Under the pieces are notes generated by a model. That model made no database searches and was not told the origin of the DNA. It worked only from the letters and a program-made list of their open reading frames with translations. Position numbers and translations under genes: made by a program. This document shows positions 11,775-25,231 of a stretch of 64,000 bases of DNA, in pieces (the first letter of the stretch is position 1; each line of letters begins with the position of its first letter). The stretch lies in assembly GCA_951406725.2 (NCBI GenBank), contig OX597817.1:146258001-146322000 (forward strand), in the 5' to 3' direction. Source of the stretch: Octopus vulgaris. Its lineage: Eukaryota.

Positions 11775-12806
11775 TTACTTTTTTTACTTGTTTCAGTTAT
11801 TTGACTGCAGCCATACTGGAGCACTGCCTTAAAGGGTTTTAGGCAAAGAGATCGACCCCAGGACTTATTCTTTCTAAGTCCAGTACTTACTTTATCAGCC
11901 TCTTTTGCTGAACCGTTAAGTTACAAGGGCATAAATACACCAGCACTGGTTGTCAAGTAGTGGAAGAGGAACAAACTCAGACACAAAGACATACACCCAC
12001 ACAAATATATATATATATAAGAAGTACCACTCCCAAACTGTTGAAGGAATCTGGGGTAGAGGTAGACATGGGACGAGGTGGTCAAGCATGACCTTCGTAC
12101 ATTGAGCCTCACAGAGGCTATGACGAAAGACCGAGACCTCTGGAGATATGCTGTGACTTCGAAGACCCAACAAATGAAGTGAGTCCATGGCTCGCAGGAC
12201 GGCCTGCTGTGCTAACCTTGGATCGTAGAGTGACCTGCTGTTCTTGAGGAGACCTATTGAGTTAAGTACTTTAAAACCAACATCAAAATGAAAATCAAAT
12301 GGAAATTGTAGTTAAGATACCCGTGCCGGTGACACGTTAAAAGCAGCATCCGAACATGGCAGTTGCCAGCGTCCGTGTCGGTGACACGGAAAAGCACCAA
12401 CCGATCATGGCCATTTGCCAGCCTCATCTGTGCCAGTGGCACGTAAAAAGCACCCACTACACTCAAGGAGTAGTTGGCGTTAGGAAGGACATCCAGCTAT
12501 AGAAACACTGCCAGATCAGACTGGAGCCTGGTGCAGCCTCCTGGCTTCCCAGACCCCGGTCGAACCATCCAACCCATGCTAGCATGGAAAACAGACGTTA
12601 AACGATGATGATGATGATGATGATGGTGATGATACACATATATACGACAGGCTTCTTTCAGCCTCCATCTACCAAATCCACTCACAAGGCTTTGGTCGGC
12701 CCAGAGCTCTAGAAGACACTTGCCCAAGGTGTCACAAAGTGGGACTGAGCCCAGAACCATATGGTTAGGAAACAAGCTTCTTACTGCAAAGCCACACCTG
12801 TGCCTA
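11775..12806 (-). mobile_element. SINE family A split by an RTE 3' end insertion
   Basis: Tail half 11775-12018, head half 12636-12806; insertion lies in the internal (TA) tract. Confidence 0.8.
12019..12632 (+). mobile_element. RTE LINE 3' end (ORF2 tail plus UTR)
   Basis: TWDEVVKHDLRTL motif, then UTR units and (GAT)n. Confidence 0.9.
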
Positions 12807-13059
12807 TATATATATATACACTCTTTTACTTTTTACACTATTACACCTCTCTCTCTCTCTATCATACCCCCATTCCTTCTATCTGACACTCCTTTACTCT
12901 TTAACCCTATCATCTTTTTACACTCTCATATCTTTCTCTCTCTATCACCCTCTCCTCCTCATTCCTACTATCAATTTATCTTGGCTGACCACTAAATGGT
13001 ACACTTTCCCTCTCTTCATCTCTTTATTATCTCTCTCCTTGCTTTTCTTTTTTCTTTTT

Positions 13060-13440
13060 TTTTCTTTATACATTACAATTACATTCCCTACTTTCAGGTA
13101 ACTTTAAATAGCAATGTGTACAAACTCTATACTTGGAATGACCAATTTTAAATACTGTTGGAATATACTCACAAGGTATTGGAATCTTATATATGTACCA
13201 TTCTGCCTAAACAATGGATCTACAAATGTAATATCCCTGCATATCTCACATCTATTTTTATTCCTCCACTTCACTCTCTATTTCATATCTTATCAAAATT
13301 AACTATTGCTTAACCATTTTCTCACACTGCTTCTGATGGAGAGATATAAAAAATATCCCAGAAACAGCTGTAAGATATTCTATTTATAAATGTTTTAATA
13401 TCTTCACAGCCTTAGATTTTTATCTCATTCTGAAAAACAT
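13060..13440 (+). mobile_element. Second PLE-like family 3' end with hammerhead-like motif
   Basis: CTGATGG-A-stem-GAAAC-AGCT-GTA at 13333-13372; ends at (TA)n; 5' boundary uncertain. Confidence 0.45.
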
Positions 13441-16400
13441 TATATATATATATTTACACAAGATTCCACAAAGTTTCCATTTACCAAATTCATTCATAAG
13501 GCCTTTGTCAGCCTGGTGCTATAGTAGAAAACACTTGCCCAAAGTGCCATACAGTGGGACTAAACCTGGAACAATTTGGTTGCAAAGCAAGCTTCTTCTA
13601 CGAAGAAGAAAATATCAATATACAATTTCATTTGAAAAGATATGAAAAAATTGGAAATGGCAAGGAAGTGAAAATCACTAATTAGATTATTGTTAATTAT
13701 GAAATTGATGCAGCGCATGAAATTTATAATAAATCCAAATTTAACTGAACTCTTATTGGTAAATGATATAGTCTCATTTATCTAACATATATTTTCTATA
13801 CAAGTCGTTTTGAGAGAATATAAAATTAAATTCTAGCAAAATGTTTTAGCATTGCAATTATCAACGATGTGTTGGTGATTAAGTTGATTATGTTGGAAAC
13901 AATGAATAAAATTATATTTGCTTGATAGCAGTTGTACAGTTAGTAGTAGTGATGGTGGTGTTGGTAGTAGTAGTAGTAGAAATGTGTGAATCAATAGTAG
14001 AGGTGGTGGTGATAGTAGTAGTGGTATTATTATTATTATTATTATTAGTAGTAATAGTAGCAGCTACACAAAAGGATCTAAAGTTTAAAAAAAGAAAATA
14101 GATAAAAATTCAGGTAGGCGGTGATGCAAAGAATTTTCAATGAACTGAAATCTGCTTTTTATTAGTTGGAGAGAGAAAACAAACGCCTTGTGGGCAATTG
14201 TTAGAGACTGTCAAAGAAAAGAGGAGATAATTTCACGCCGTTGAGAATTGGTTATGGTTAACATTGTCGGTAATGGTTAATAGCAGTAATAATGTTGTTG
14301 ACGATGATGGTAGTGGTGATGTTAGTAGTAATCTATAATATTGTTCTACTACAGTCTACGTAAGAAACACTTTAAATAAACACTATATTAACTATGGAAC
14401 AAAATCGAAGACATATCCTCTCAATAAGCTTTGTCGTGTCCAATTCTCCTCAGGCCTCTTATTAATTACTACGTCCAAATCCTTCCTTTGTAGAAAGTCG
14501 ACTCTCTGGGATCCCCTCCCTATCCATGACTTTCTCCGTACGTGTTGACTTACAAAAAAAAAGATTCAGTAAGAAAATTAATGGTATCAGAATGCCCCCA
14601 GCATTACTCTTTCCTCAATACCCAGAAAGCAGGCACAAAAAAAAAAAAAAAAAATGAAACCTCTGTAAGGCAACGGACTGGCAAACTATGGAACGAAATT
14701 GAAGACGTAATCTATTCTACACACAATATTTATAAATTATTCGTAAGAGAAGTGACTTAGAAAGTATGGAACAAAGTAGTGGATGTAATCAATCAAAGAC
14801 AGCATTTTCTATTATTTCATTTTTACTATTTGTAAGACGATTGATATTTTTTATTAAATGTGATACACGCTCTCTCTCTCTCTCTCTACCCCCTCTCTCA
14901 CACACGCGCGCGCGCATATTTGTAAAACAGGAGAAATAGAACTCAATACATGACACAAAGCTCAGCTTTTTAGTCACTTCATAACATTTTGTCGATTCAA
15001 ATAAAGCAGTTTTAAAGCGTTTGCTATATATATTATTCTTCCAATTCATTTTCAATAAACTTTATGACATAATCACTATGGAAAACCGAAGAGAATCAAC
15101 CAGTATTTTTTCAAGGGCAATTGCATATAATTTCTTCCAAAGAGCATTCACTTCTTGGCATATGAAAATAATAGATAATATGATTCTCAAGGTAGAAGAG
15201 GTGACAAATGCATTAATAAAGAATATAGGTTGTAAAGATTTTCTTTCTCATGTCTGCATCTTCGATACTACTTCGCTGGACTGAATTAAATGCTCCAGAA
15301 AATACGATTTCACAAGACTTCCAATAACGTTGTAGTTTGCGAAATAACAGCGGAATTTTTACGGGCATGTCTAGTTATACACTGTTGTTTGACCTCCTAC
15401 AAATATATACAGTTAAAAGTGTCAAAACAGATATGTTATATATTAGGATCAAAGCTTCAATGAAGGTCATTTTCCAGCGAGCCAAAACCACGACCTATTT
15501 TTCGATTCACAGTTGTCACTATAAAGCTGGAAAATGGAAGGAGAACGCATTGAACATAGAAAATAGGATTTTGAGCCTAGTCAAAAAGAAATCGATAAGA
15601 ATATAGATTTAGGCAAGCTCTTCACAAACCGAAATTGCAACGGCACTTCGAGTTTCATTTAAAGCCATTTTATCACTAACTTAAAATACAGGCTGTGAAT
15701 GCTATTGAAATTACAGACATGATAACCTTCAGACCACTTCTGAATCTTAATATGAAAAATCTTGTTTTCCTCTCACCACAAAAAATCCTAATATTAGTCT
15801 AAGCCAAAGAGAGAGTCTTTAAGCGGTTGCTCGATTGGCTGAAATAGCAGTCAAACCACACTCTTATAATCTTAAATAGGGAAAGGACACATTTAATGAT
15901 ATATTGTCATATATGTATTCCTTAAAAGATGGGGTTAGTTATAGCTAGCGTACTTCTGATCATAACCCTGCACAAGAAGGCATCACTTAAGGCTAAAAGA
16001 GCAAAAACGAAAAGACGGAATATTCCTCGTTTCCGAGTTTAAGTGACACCAGTGATTCACTGAGGAACAAGTAATTCTGTGAAGTCGACTCAATGGACGA
16101 CGTTTCTTCCCCTACTTAAAATAAGCCTTGTGCTTGAGAGAGATCAATATTATCAGCAAGTAATGGCTAAATCAGAGCGATAGTAATAGTAGTAGTAGCA
16201 ATAGTAGCAGCAGCCTGTAATAATAGTACCTTCATCAGCAACAGAAATAGCAGCCTTAATAGCAGTAAAATATAATTCGAGTTCTAGCCGTTTTCAATAT
16301 ATGATTTTCAGTTTTGTATTCGCCGCAAAAAATAAAAGGAAAGAGAGAAAGAATAAAGACGCAAATTTAGTAGAAGCGTCAGACTTTAAAGAATTTGCCT

Positions 16401-19099
16401 AATCTATGTTCAAATCGCAAATCACATTAGCGCTATCAAGTTTGCCTTTCATTACCAGGTATATACTGAGGAGTCAATTCGATCGACTCTATATACCTAC
16501 CCCTTTTTTTAAAATATTGACCTTGTGCCTGAGTGAAAAAAAAAAATCGATAAACTATTTGAGGTCCAGTGCCAAAAATAATAAAAAAATTAGGAAAAAT
16601 ATAAAGACGTTCTTATAGAATAGCGTCGGCAATTACCTAGTTCCCCACCTCTGCAAATAAAACCTAATTTCTTCGGATGTGCATGTTTAAATATTGTAGA
16701 TTATAATTCTGAAAAAAAAAATTAGTTTTGACTTTATTTTCATAAAAAATTTTTTCGAACTTATGTTTTGATCATTTCAAATTATGAAACTTTAAAAACA
16801 TGCAAACATGCGTAACTTTTTAAAACATTTAAAAAAAAAATCGGAAAATATCAAAACTGAAAAATTACGGAAATGGGTAAGGCAAAAGTAACATTTTAAA
16901 AATTCTTCTTTTGCAAGAGTTTTAATCTACGATGCTAAATTAGATTTGGCGCGCTATATAATTTTCGACGTTATTCTCCAAGAACACCTTATGATAAATA
17001 TTGCTTCATGATTTATCGAAAATCAGTTGAACCAGGTGTCGAAACCGGCTTACGCTCGAGGCTTAACAGCTTACTTCGTTACACTACAGTGCTCGCAGCA
17101 GCTCAGATTGAAACACACATACACATTTTACACAAAATTATAGTGTCTCTTATTGCTAGTTCCATATACTGTCTACAGCAGCGTATGTAACACACAGACA
17201 CAGTGTATTAAAAATGTTAGTGTTTACGCATGAAGTAAAAAAGAAAAGAAAAAAATAACGTGGTAATCGAAATCAAAGCAATGTTGCTTCGCTGTTTTGT
17301 AGGAAAACAAAATTATTCAGTATAAAACGTCCAAATTCCGCCAGGATCTACTTTGCTTTTGATTACCCCCCCCCCAATTTTAGGGCTCGTCAGGGCCTCT
17401 AAAAGAAATTTTGCAAGACGGTACAAAACTCCTTTGCGGCCGCGGGCTGTAGGTAGATATTTTTGGTTTTATCATATCTCTATACAACTAGGGCTACAAT
17501 AATTAATAATAAATACTAATTAAAAAAAAGCAAGTGTGGTGTAATAAGTATAGTGATGTTTGTCTATGCGAATGCAAGTGCATGTCGTGCTGGGGTTTAG
17601 TAGAAAGTATTTGTTTTCGAGGGGAGATGGATGTTGCATGGTTGCTGTGGGGCCCTTCTTAGCTCTTGGGCCTAGGAACAAAGTACCGGCTGGACCTCAC
17701 TCTCGGAAGCCCTGCCTATAGGATCATTAACGAACAGTAGAGTCGTTAGACGTTAAAACGTCGGACCGACTCACTGCACTTTAGGTTCAAATTTGCCTTG
17801 CATTAGGAGTTAATAAATAAAAAAGCATCAATCCTAGCCAGTGGATTGCGGGACTATAAGAATGTTAGAGTGCATGCCTTGCGGTATTGGCTCTTTTTTT
17901 TTTTTTATGCGTTCCGAGTTCAAATCCCGCCATGGCCTACATACATCGTAGACTCAGCTCGTCACCCGGTTTAACATCATCACCTGGTACCTTCAGTGCT
18001 TTTGGAGGTGTTCGCTCTGTTGCAAGTATTTGGGCTAAGTTTCCAGCTTGAGGATACCTTCCTTCAGTCTTGGAGACCCTGCAAACGAGTGAAGGGGGCC
18101 TGCCTTCGAGTAACCTTGTTTTTAGATCCTAAATTCAAATTCATCTTTTGACCGCGCTTTTATGGTCCTAAATTATTATTTGTTCTATAAGTTGGACGCC
18201 CATGTGCGAAAATTACTATTGTTGACCCAAACGAGACACTAGAACATTGCTGTTATTCGCCGAAAAGTTTGGATTAGTTTTGGAGTCAGTGAATACGTAC
18301 TTTTAAAATTGTATATTAATAATGAAACGGGCCTCTAAAGGTAATCAAATTCACAACAGTTGTGCATATTGACACTATTTAGAACATGCCCGACCGACCA
18401 ATTTCCAGTTTATTGATTCTTTAATTATTTTCTTCTGTCAAATGAATCTTGAACTGAAATATAGCTTCTTTTTATATATTTTAAATATATTTTTGCGATA
18501 TTTCGAGTTTTAGTTTTTGCAAAACAATTTAGTATCGTCACTTTTTTTCTAGTTAAATTTAAGATCTTAAAAGCAGGGACGACGCTTGTTTTCCCTTTTG
18601 ACTAAATAATAAATAAAACAACTAATTCAGAGAAACTGCTAGTTCTCCCCCTCTAGCTCAGCCAAACATGACCCATTAATTTTTTCCGTCTTCCCTGCTG
18701 CTTTAAGTACATTACGTCTAAATGTAACAAACATGTACATATGTAACTTACAGTTGCGTGAAGCGTTAACGTAACATTTGAAATGCAACAAACCATTCTG
18801 TAACATATACAGAGTGACTGCTTGTTTTTATTTTTTTATCTGTGTATGTATCTGTGTTTACTCAGTTAATGAATAAACATGCTTGTTTGTTTGTGCGTGT
18901 GTGCTTTCAGACGTGAATATGTACGGGCGTATTTATTTTTGTTTTTTTACATTTATGTACAAATTATTTACGTGCAGAGATCTTTCCTAGTGAATAAAAT
19001 GGAAAAGAATCCGTGTTTATATAGATATTTGCTCAGATGCAGCACAGACATATATATATATATATGCAAGTGTAAATATGAACATTACGGCAATGTAAA

Positions 19100-19962
19100 T
19101 ATGCAAGTATAAATGAATACACACACGTGAACGGTAGAGCAAACAGAATAAATAAAACTCAATACAGGAATAAACATATTTTATTTATAATCGGTAGAAG
19201 TTACAAAAGGGTCGAGGGCGGAGAGTTTCGTGTATGACAGTTTGTAACTTGTCAATTATAATGTCTGTGAGTGTGTGTGTGGTTTGTACGCAAAGTCGCG
19301 GGAATATTTCCACGTGGTTTGTGTGTTTTTTTGTAAATAGTTGTCACGCTGTTTTACTACATAGTAATATCCACAAGCGTGGAAGTTCATTGCACACAAT
19401 CAGCAATTTTATTTCAGACTATTGTACATACATTAAATAGATGTCTGTAATGTGCTGTGAAAAAAAAAGTGAATAAAATATAAATATAAATGGGTAAAAA
19501 GAATGGTTTAGTATTTATCAAAATAATAGCGTCTTTTTTTTTTACATGCACACGTTACTCCATATACACACTAGAAGAAAAGAAAGTGACTCCATAACTA
19601 ATACTACTACATGATGTGAAGAGCTTTATAGTGCCCAAACTCTACACTACGAACAAGCAGAAAGAAATTTGCAATAATGTTTCTGATTAGTTAGAAAAAC
19701 TAGCGCCAAAATTGGCAGCCTATATATCTATCTTTCTTGGAAGTTAATTATGAGAGCATAGTCTATCGTTTGTTATCACTTATTTCAAAGGGATTAGCAT
19801 TCTGATATTAGCCTCTTCTCTCGATTTTCTTCCGTTCCTCACTCTTTCTCCAACTTTTATTATAACTTTTTGTCTGGCTGCTGAACGAATTTTGTCTGAT
19901 TTGTCTGTTTATTTTATATATCGCATTTTAGAAAAAAATATCACCATTGCTTCCAGGTAGGT
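19100..19962 (+). promoter_or_regulatory. Candidate promoter and non-coding first exon
   Basis: CpG-retaining unique DNA; CACGTG at 19124 and 19311, GGGCGG at 19216, E2F-like GCGCCAAA at 19703, ATTGG at 19711, donor-like CAG|GTAGGT at 19956/19957. Confidence 0.3.
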
Positions 19963-20799
19963 TTCCAGCTCTCTTATCACAGCTTCGCAATATTCTCGCT
20001 GGTTAGAGTGACAAGAGAGTGCCTCCTTAACTAGGACAGAACAAATAGCACACAGATTTAGATTCTGCGTGTATTTATAATCCGAAGTATTTATACAACC
20101 AGTTAGCAGAAATACATGTGTTCCAGTGTACAGTGTATATAATCTATTTTTAATTTAATATATATGCATACAATTGTATTTAATTTAATTAGTCTGCATA
20201 ATTTAAAACGTACCCTTCCATCCTCACACACTCGTACGTGTATAATTTTTATTGCCTTGCATATGGTTTAAGAATCAAATATATACACACCACACATGCA
20301 CCATGTATAATATATATATATAGTTATACGATTATCTTTGCGCAAATTTCAACTTTAAAAATAACTGCCCTTTTCAATTTTCTCATATTAAAGTGCATCA
20401 AGAGAGTTCAGATTTAATCCAGATTTCAATTTTCAGTGAGTGTGTGTACATGTGTAGAAACTTGATTCTGGAGAGTTCCAAGTTTGTATTTAACCTATTG
20501 AAGTTGGCTTTCCAATGAGAGCTTTGCCCTATTTCCTGCAGAAGATTTTTTTGGAACTCAGATAGGCATGGCGGCTGAAACAAGCTCAAAGTGGCTGTAG
20601 TTGACGAGAGACTGCAGCTGGAACCCTTCCACTGGTGAAGATTAATTCTGGATCCTTGCTGCTCCACTGAAGCAAAGTATACAAGCTAATGAGTGAAATG
20701 TTTGTGACCTGAGATGCCTATTGAAAATATCGAAGCATTTCCAACTTTGCAATGGCTTCAGTCACCACCAGAGGAAGAGCTTACAGTTTCTGTCAGGAG

Positions 20800-21387
20800 C
20801 AGCGGTTCTGAACCATTTTTACCTGTAGACCCTTTTAATTCCTATTCTACTCTGGTGGAACCTCCCCCTATAACCATTTGATCATCATCATCGTTTAACT
20901 TCTGTTTTCCATGCTAGCATGGGTTGGACGGTTCAACCAAGGTCTGGGAAGCCAGAAGGCTGCACCAGCTCCAGTCTGATCTGGCAGTGTTTCTACAGCT
21001 GGATGCCCTTCCTAATGCCAACCACTCCGTGAAAGTAGTGGGTGCTTTTTACGTGCCACTGGCACAGGTGCCAGACGAGGCTGGCAAACGGCCACGATCG
21101 GATGGTGCTTTTTACGTGCCACTGGCATGGAAGCCAGTCAAGGCAGCGCTGGCATCGGCCACGTTCGGATGGTGCTTTTTATGTGCCACCAGCACAGGTA
21201 TCACAACTACAATTTCCATTTTATTTTTTTTTATTATTATATTATCATTATATTTTTATAATTAGATATTAAGAATTGTATTAATAAAGTTGTTAAAACA
21301 TTTTGTGTATTGTAAAGGCAGAGCCAATTTATTGCACAAATTTTCTTAACAACAAAACCTTGTATGGACTCTGGTTGAGAACCACTG
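20800..21387. mobile_element. hAT (Charlie-like) MITE
   Basis: Termini CAGCGGTTCT...AGAACCACTG; imperfect 8-bp flanks gtcaggag/gtctaaag; hosts an RTE tail. Confidence 0.6.
20881..21220 (-). mobile_element. RTE LINE 3' UTR fragment
   Basis: Family match with (GAT)n tail. Confidence 0.9.
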
Positions 21388-21757
21388 GTCTAAAGCACAG
21401 CATCTCTGAATTTCATAAACATTTTGGCCCCATGTTTATACCTTTGTTTTTATTTCGATTTGGTAGTCATTACTTGGAAGGTTCTACATGTTTCTATATT
21501 CAAGTATTTAAACACTCAGGAGAACAAACATATGTAAAATGCATTTAAGCAAAAGAAAATCTGTGACACCTGTATGCCATTTGACTTCATTTCATTTGAA
21601 TTCATCAAATATTCAGAAAAGAAATTCCAAATTTGGAAGAAAAGAGACCTCAAGGTAAACCTACTGAGATTCCCTAAAGGCTGATAGGGAAGGTAGATGT
21701 CATGCAAAGCATAATTAGTTGTAAGAGCACATTAGCTAATTTGTATTTTGGGGAGGA

Positions 21758-22495
21758 TCATCATCATCGTTTAACGCCCACTTTCCATGCTAGCATGGGT
21801 TGGATGATTTGACTGAGGACTGGCAAACCAGATGGCTGCACCAGGCTCCAATCTTGATCTGGCAACATTTCTACAGCTGGATGCCCTTCCTAATGCCAAC
21901 CACTCTGAGAGTGTAGTGGGTGCTTTTACGTGCCACCAGCACGAAGGTCAGTCAGGCAGTACTGGCAATGGCCACGCTGAAATAGTGTTTTTTACATGCC
22001 ATCTGCACATGGCAATAACCTCGCTTGAATGTTTTTTCACATGCCACTGGTGCAAGTGCCAGTAAGGTGACACTAGTAACGATCATGCTTGAAGGGTACT
22101 TTTTATGTGCCACCGGCATGGAAGCCAGTTAGCCGCTCTGGCAACGATTACACTCGGATGGTGCTCTTAGTGCTCCACTAGCATGGATGCCAGTCATCGA
22201 ATTTGATTTCAATTGCGATTTCACTTGCCTCAACAGGTCTTCGCAAGCAGAGTTTAGTGTCCAAAGAAGGAAAAGGTATGCATATGTGGGCTGGTTACAC
22301 TCCTGGCATAAGCCATGAGGTTACTGTCTCATTTGGCTTGCCAGGTCTTCTCATGCACAGCATATTTCCAAAAGTCTTGGTCACTAGTCATTGCCTAGGT
22401 GAGGCCTAATTTTCGAAGGCCATGCTTCACCACTTCATCCCAGGTCTTCCTGGGTCTACCTCTTCCACAGGTTCCCTCAACCGCTAGGGTGTGGC
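21758..22495 (-). mobile_element. RTE LINE 3' end (ORF2 tail plus UTR)
   Basis: Minus strand encodes GRGRPRKTWDEVVKH, followed by the UTR. Confidence 0.9.
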
Positions 22496-22970
22496 TAAAT
22501 AATAAACACATGCAGTAGTTCTGTTTCACTTCTGTATTATTCATTAATTGGTTTACAATTTAACCATTTAAGTATTTGATTGTTTGATAAACCATCTGGT
22601 TAACCAATCAGGTTTGTTTGGTTGACCATCTGGTTAATCAAGTTTGTCAAAGTTTTGGCATCACCATTTATGACCTCATCAAATGACATGACCTTGAGCA
22701 GAAAGGACATGTCATTGATGAGGTCATGATAGATACTTGACATTTCAACACAGTTCAGCATTTTCTTGAGATGAGACAGGTTGTATTTTATGTCCTTGGG
22801 GTCACCCTGAAAATAAGAGAACCAAAATGAACATTGTTGGCATTTCATACTTTTTTAGTTGACAAAAAGGTAAGAAAGTGACAGAAACCCACAGGAAGAT
22901 ATGTTCTGTGCATGGAGGGGATGTTTTGGAAGATGTGTGCCAAAAGTGGTTTCAATATTATGGTGGGGAA

Positions 22971-23345
22971 CAGTGGCACGTAAAAAGCACCATTCCAGCA
23001 TGAACGTTATAGCGCCGCTTTACTGGCACTTATGCTGGTGGCACGTGAAAAAACATTCAAGCGAGGTCATTGCCAGTGTCACTGGACTGGCTCCTGTGCA
23101 GGTAGCACGTAAAAAACACCATTTGAGTGTGGCCATTGCCAGTACTGCCTGACTGGCCTTCGTGCTGGTGGCACGAAAAAGCTCCCACTACACTCTCGGA
23201 GTGGTTGGCATTAGGAAGGGCATTCAGCTGTAGAAACTCTTCCAGATCAGATTGGAGCCTGGTGCAGCCGTCTGGTTCGCCAGTCCTCAGTCAAATCGTC
23301 CAACCCATGCTGGCATGGAAAGCGGATGTTAAACGATGATGATGA
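22971..23345 (+). mobile_element. RTE LINE 3' UTR fragment inside the mariner
   Basis: Family match. Confidence 0.9.
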
Positions 23346-23995
23346 GGATGCAGTTTGTTCTGGCTAGTCAACTGAGACAAAATGAAGGATTTGCTTGACA
23401 TCAACCTTTGTTACATGACCATGTTTTCAACTCTTGATGGTCCAAATTTGGTGTTGCAAACCATCTGCACCAACTTGGTTGTATCAGCAGGTTTGATATT
23501 TGGGTCCAACGTCAACTAAATGAGGTTAACCTCAATCTACAGACTTCTATCTGCAATTCATTGCAGAAGCATGAAGAAAATGGTAATTTGTTTTTCTTTT
23601 TTATGAGAATGGTAGCAGAGAATGGAAAATGGATCATCTATAACAATGTGAAGTGCAAAAGATCATGAGGGAAGTGTGGCAAATTACCTCAAACAACCTC
23701 TATAGCAGGACTTTACCTGAAGAAGGTTATGCTTTCAGTTTGGTGGTGCTGGAAGGGTATTGTCTTTTTTGACACTCTTCTCATGGACAGGACCATCATT
23801 TCAGATGTGTAGAGTAACAGACAGGACAAATTAAATGCAGTGACCCACAAGATGTGTCCATCACTTGCTAGTCAATAAGGGCATCCTCTTTCCTCAGGAC
23901 AATACCAGACTGCACACTTTTATGCAGATGCAGCACAAGTAACTGGGGCTTGACAGGAAAGTTTTGTCACACACTCCATATTTACCTAACTTTGT

Positions 23996-24197
23996 AAGGC
24001 AGAATCGTTAGCATGCCGGGCGAAATGCTTAGCGGTATTTCATCCGTCTTATATTCTGAGTTCAAATTCCATCGAGGTTGACATTTCCTTTCATCCTTTT
24101 AGGGTCGATAAATTAAGTACCAGTTGCGTACTGGAGTCGATCTAATCCATCGCCTCCCTCCCACCAAATTTCAGGCCTTGTGCCTAGAGTAGAAAGG
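23996..24197 (+). mobile_element. SINE family B with 18-bp TSD
   Basis: ATATTTACCTAACTTTGT duplicated at 23978-23995 and 24198-24215. Confidence 0.92.
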
Positions 24198-24496
24198 ATA
24201 TTTACCTAACTTTGTGCCTTCAGATTTCTACTTGCTTCAGTGTTTTCAAAATTCATTAAAAGGGTGTAAAAATTCATCTGGAACACATTTTTGCCAGTAA
24301 AGGCAAGAAATTCTTTGAGCAAAATGGATTTGCTTGCAAGGCAGCAGAAGAAATGAGAACAAAATGGTAACTATATCATTGATTGGATAAATTACTTTGT
24401 GTTTAAAACTTGTATTTTATTTTCACTTAAAAAAAAAAGCCAAACATTTTTGGCTGACCCAATTTTATGTACACACACATACACACACATATATAT

Positions 24497-24553
<57 letters not shown>

Positions 24554-24554
24554 G

Positions 24555-24752
24555 CCTCGCCTGGCACCTGTGCAGGTGGCACGTAAAAAGCACCCACTAC
24601 ACTCACGGAGTGGTTGGCGTTAGGAAGGGCATCCAGCTGTAGAAACATTGCCAGATTAGACTGGAGCCTGGTGCAGCCTTCTGGCTTCCCAGAACCCCGG
24701 TCGAACCATCCAACCCATGCTAGCATGGAGAACGGACGTTAAACGATGATGA

Positions 24753-24755
<3 letters not shown>
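24555..24755 (+). mobile_element. Short RTE 3' UTR fragment within (TA)n
   Basis: Family match; long (TA)n on both sides. Confidence 0.9.
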
Positions 24756-24833
<78 letters not shown>

Positions 24834-25231
24834 CATACACATACACACACATACATATACATACATATACACACACACACATATGTATATATACTCATAC
24901 ATGTGTATATGTGTGTGTGAAACAAAAGTCTGTTTATAAGATATTTAGTAACTAAATAACTTATAGACAATTTCCCATGTAGCTTTTTCATTCTCTACAA
25001 ATACTCTGTGCAACATTCAGACACAGATTTCATAACAAAAGATACAGTTTCAATACATGAGCAGAAATACACACGGAGTTCTAAATACTGTCTATCCGAC
25101 ATGCAAATTAAGGTTAAATGGATGAATGAATGAAAAAAAAATGAATGTATGTATGTGTGTATGGATGCCATTCAGTTTACTTCAAGATTTCTTGCCAATA
25201 AGAGAAAGAGCTGGTTTGTAATATAGATCTA

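Larger units (their letters stand above)
22796..24462 (+). mobile_element. Decayed mariner transposon with two nested insertions
   Basis: KGKKVTETHRKICSVHG...CQKWF HTH, KKVMLSVWW, HTPYLPNFVPSDFYL (YSPDLAPSD-like); TIR-like TTGGGGTCA...TGACCCAA. Confidence 0.85.

Noticed and set aside
20398-20667. 89-aa minus-strand ORF in unique-looking DNA
   Set aside because: GTG start, no recognisable motif or convincing splice context; may be an unclassified repeat
22600-22848. Minus-strand ORF with mariner-like CxxWF
   Set aside because: The real mariner frame is on the plus strand; the similarity appears coincidental
24656-24991. Poly-YI/HT/CV ORFs here and at 44.3, 46.6 and 48.5-49.6 kb
   Set aside because: Microsatellite translation artefacts
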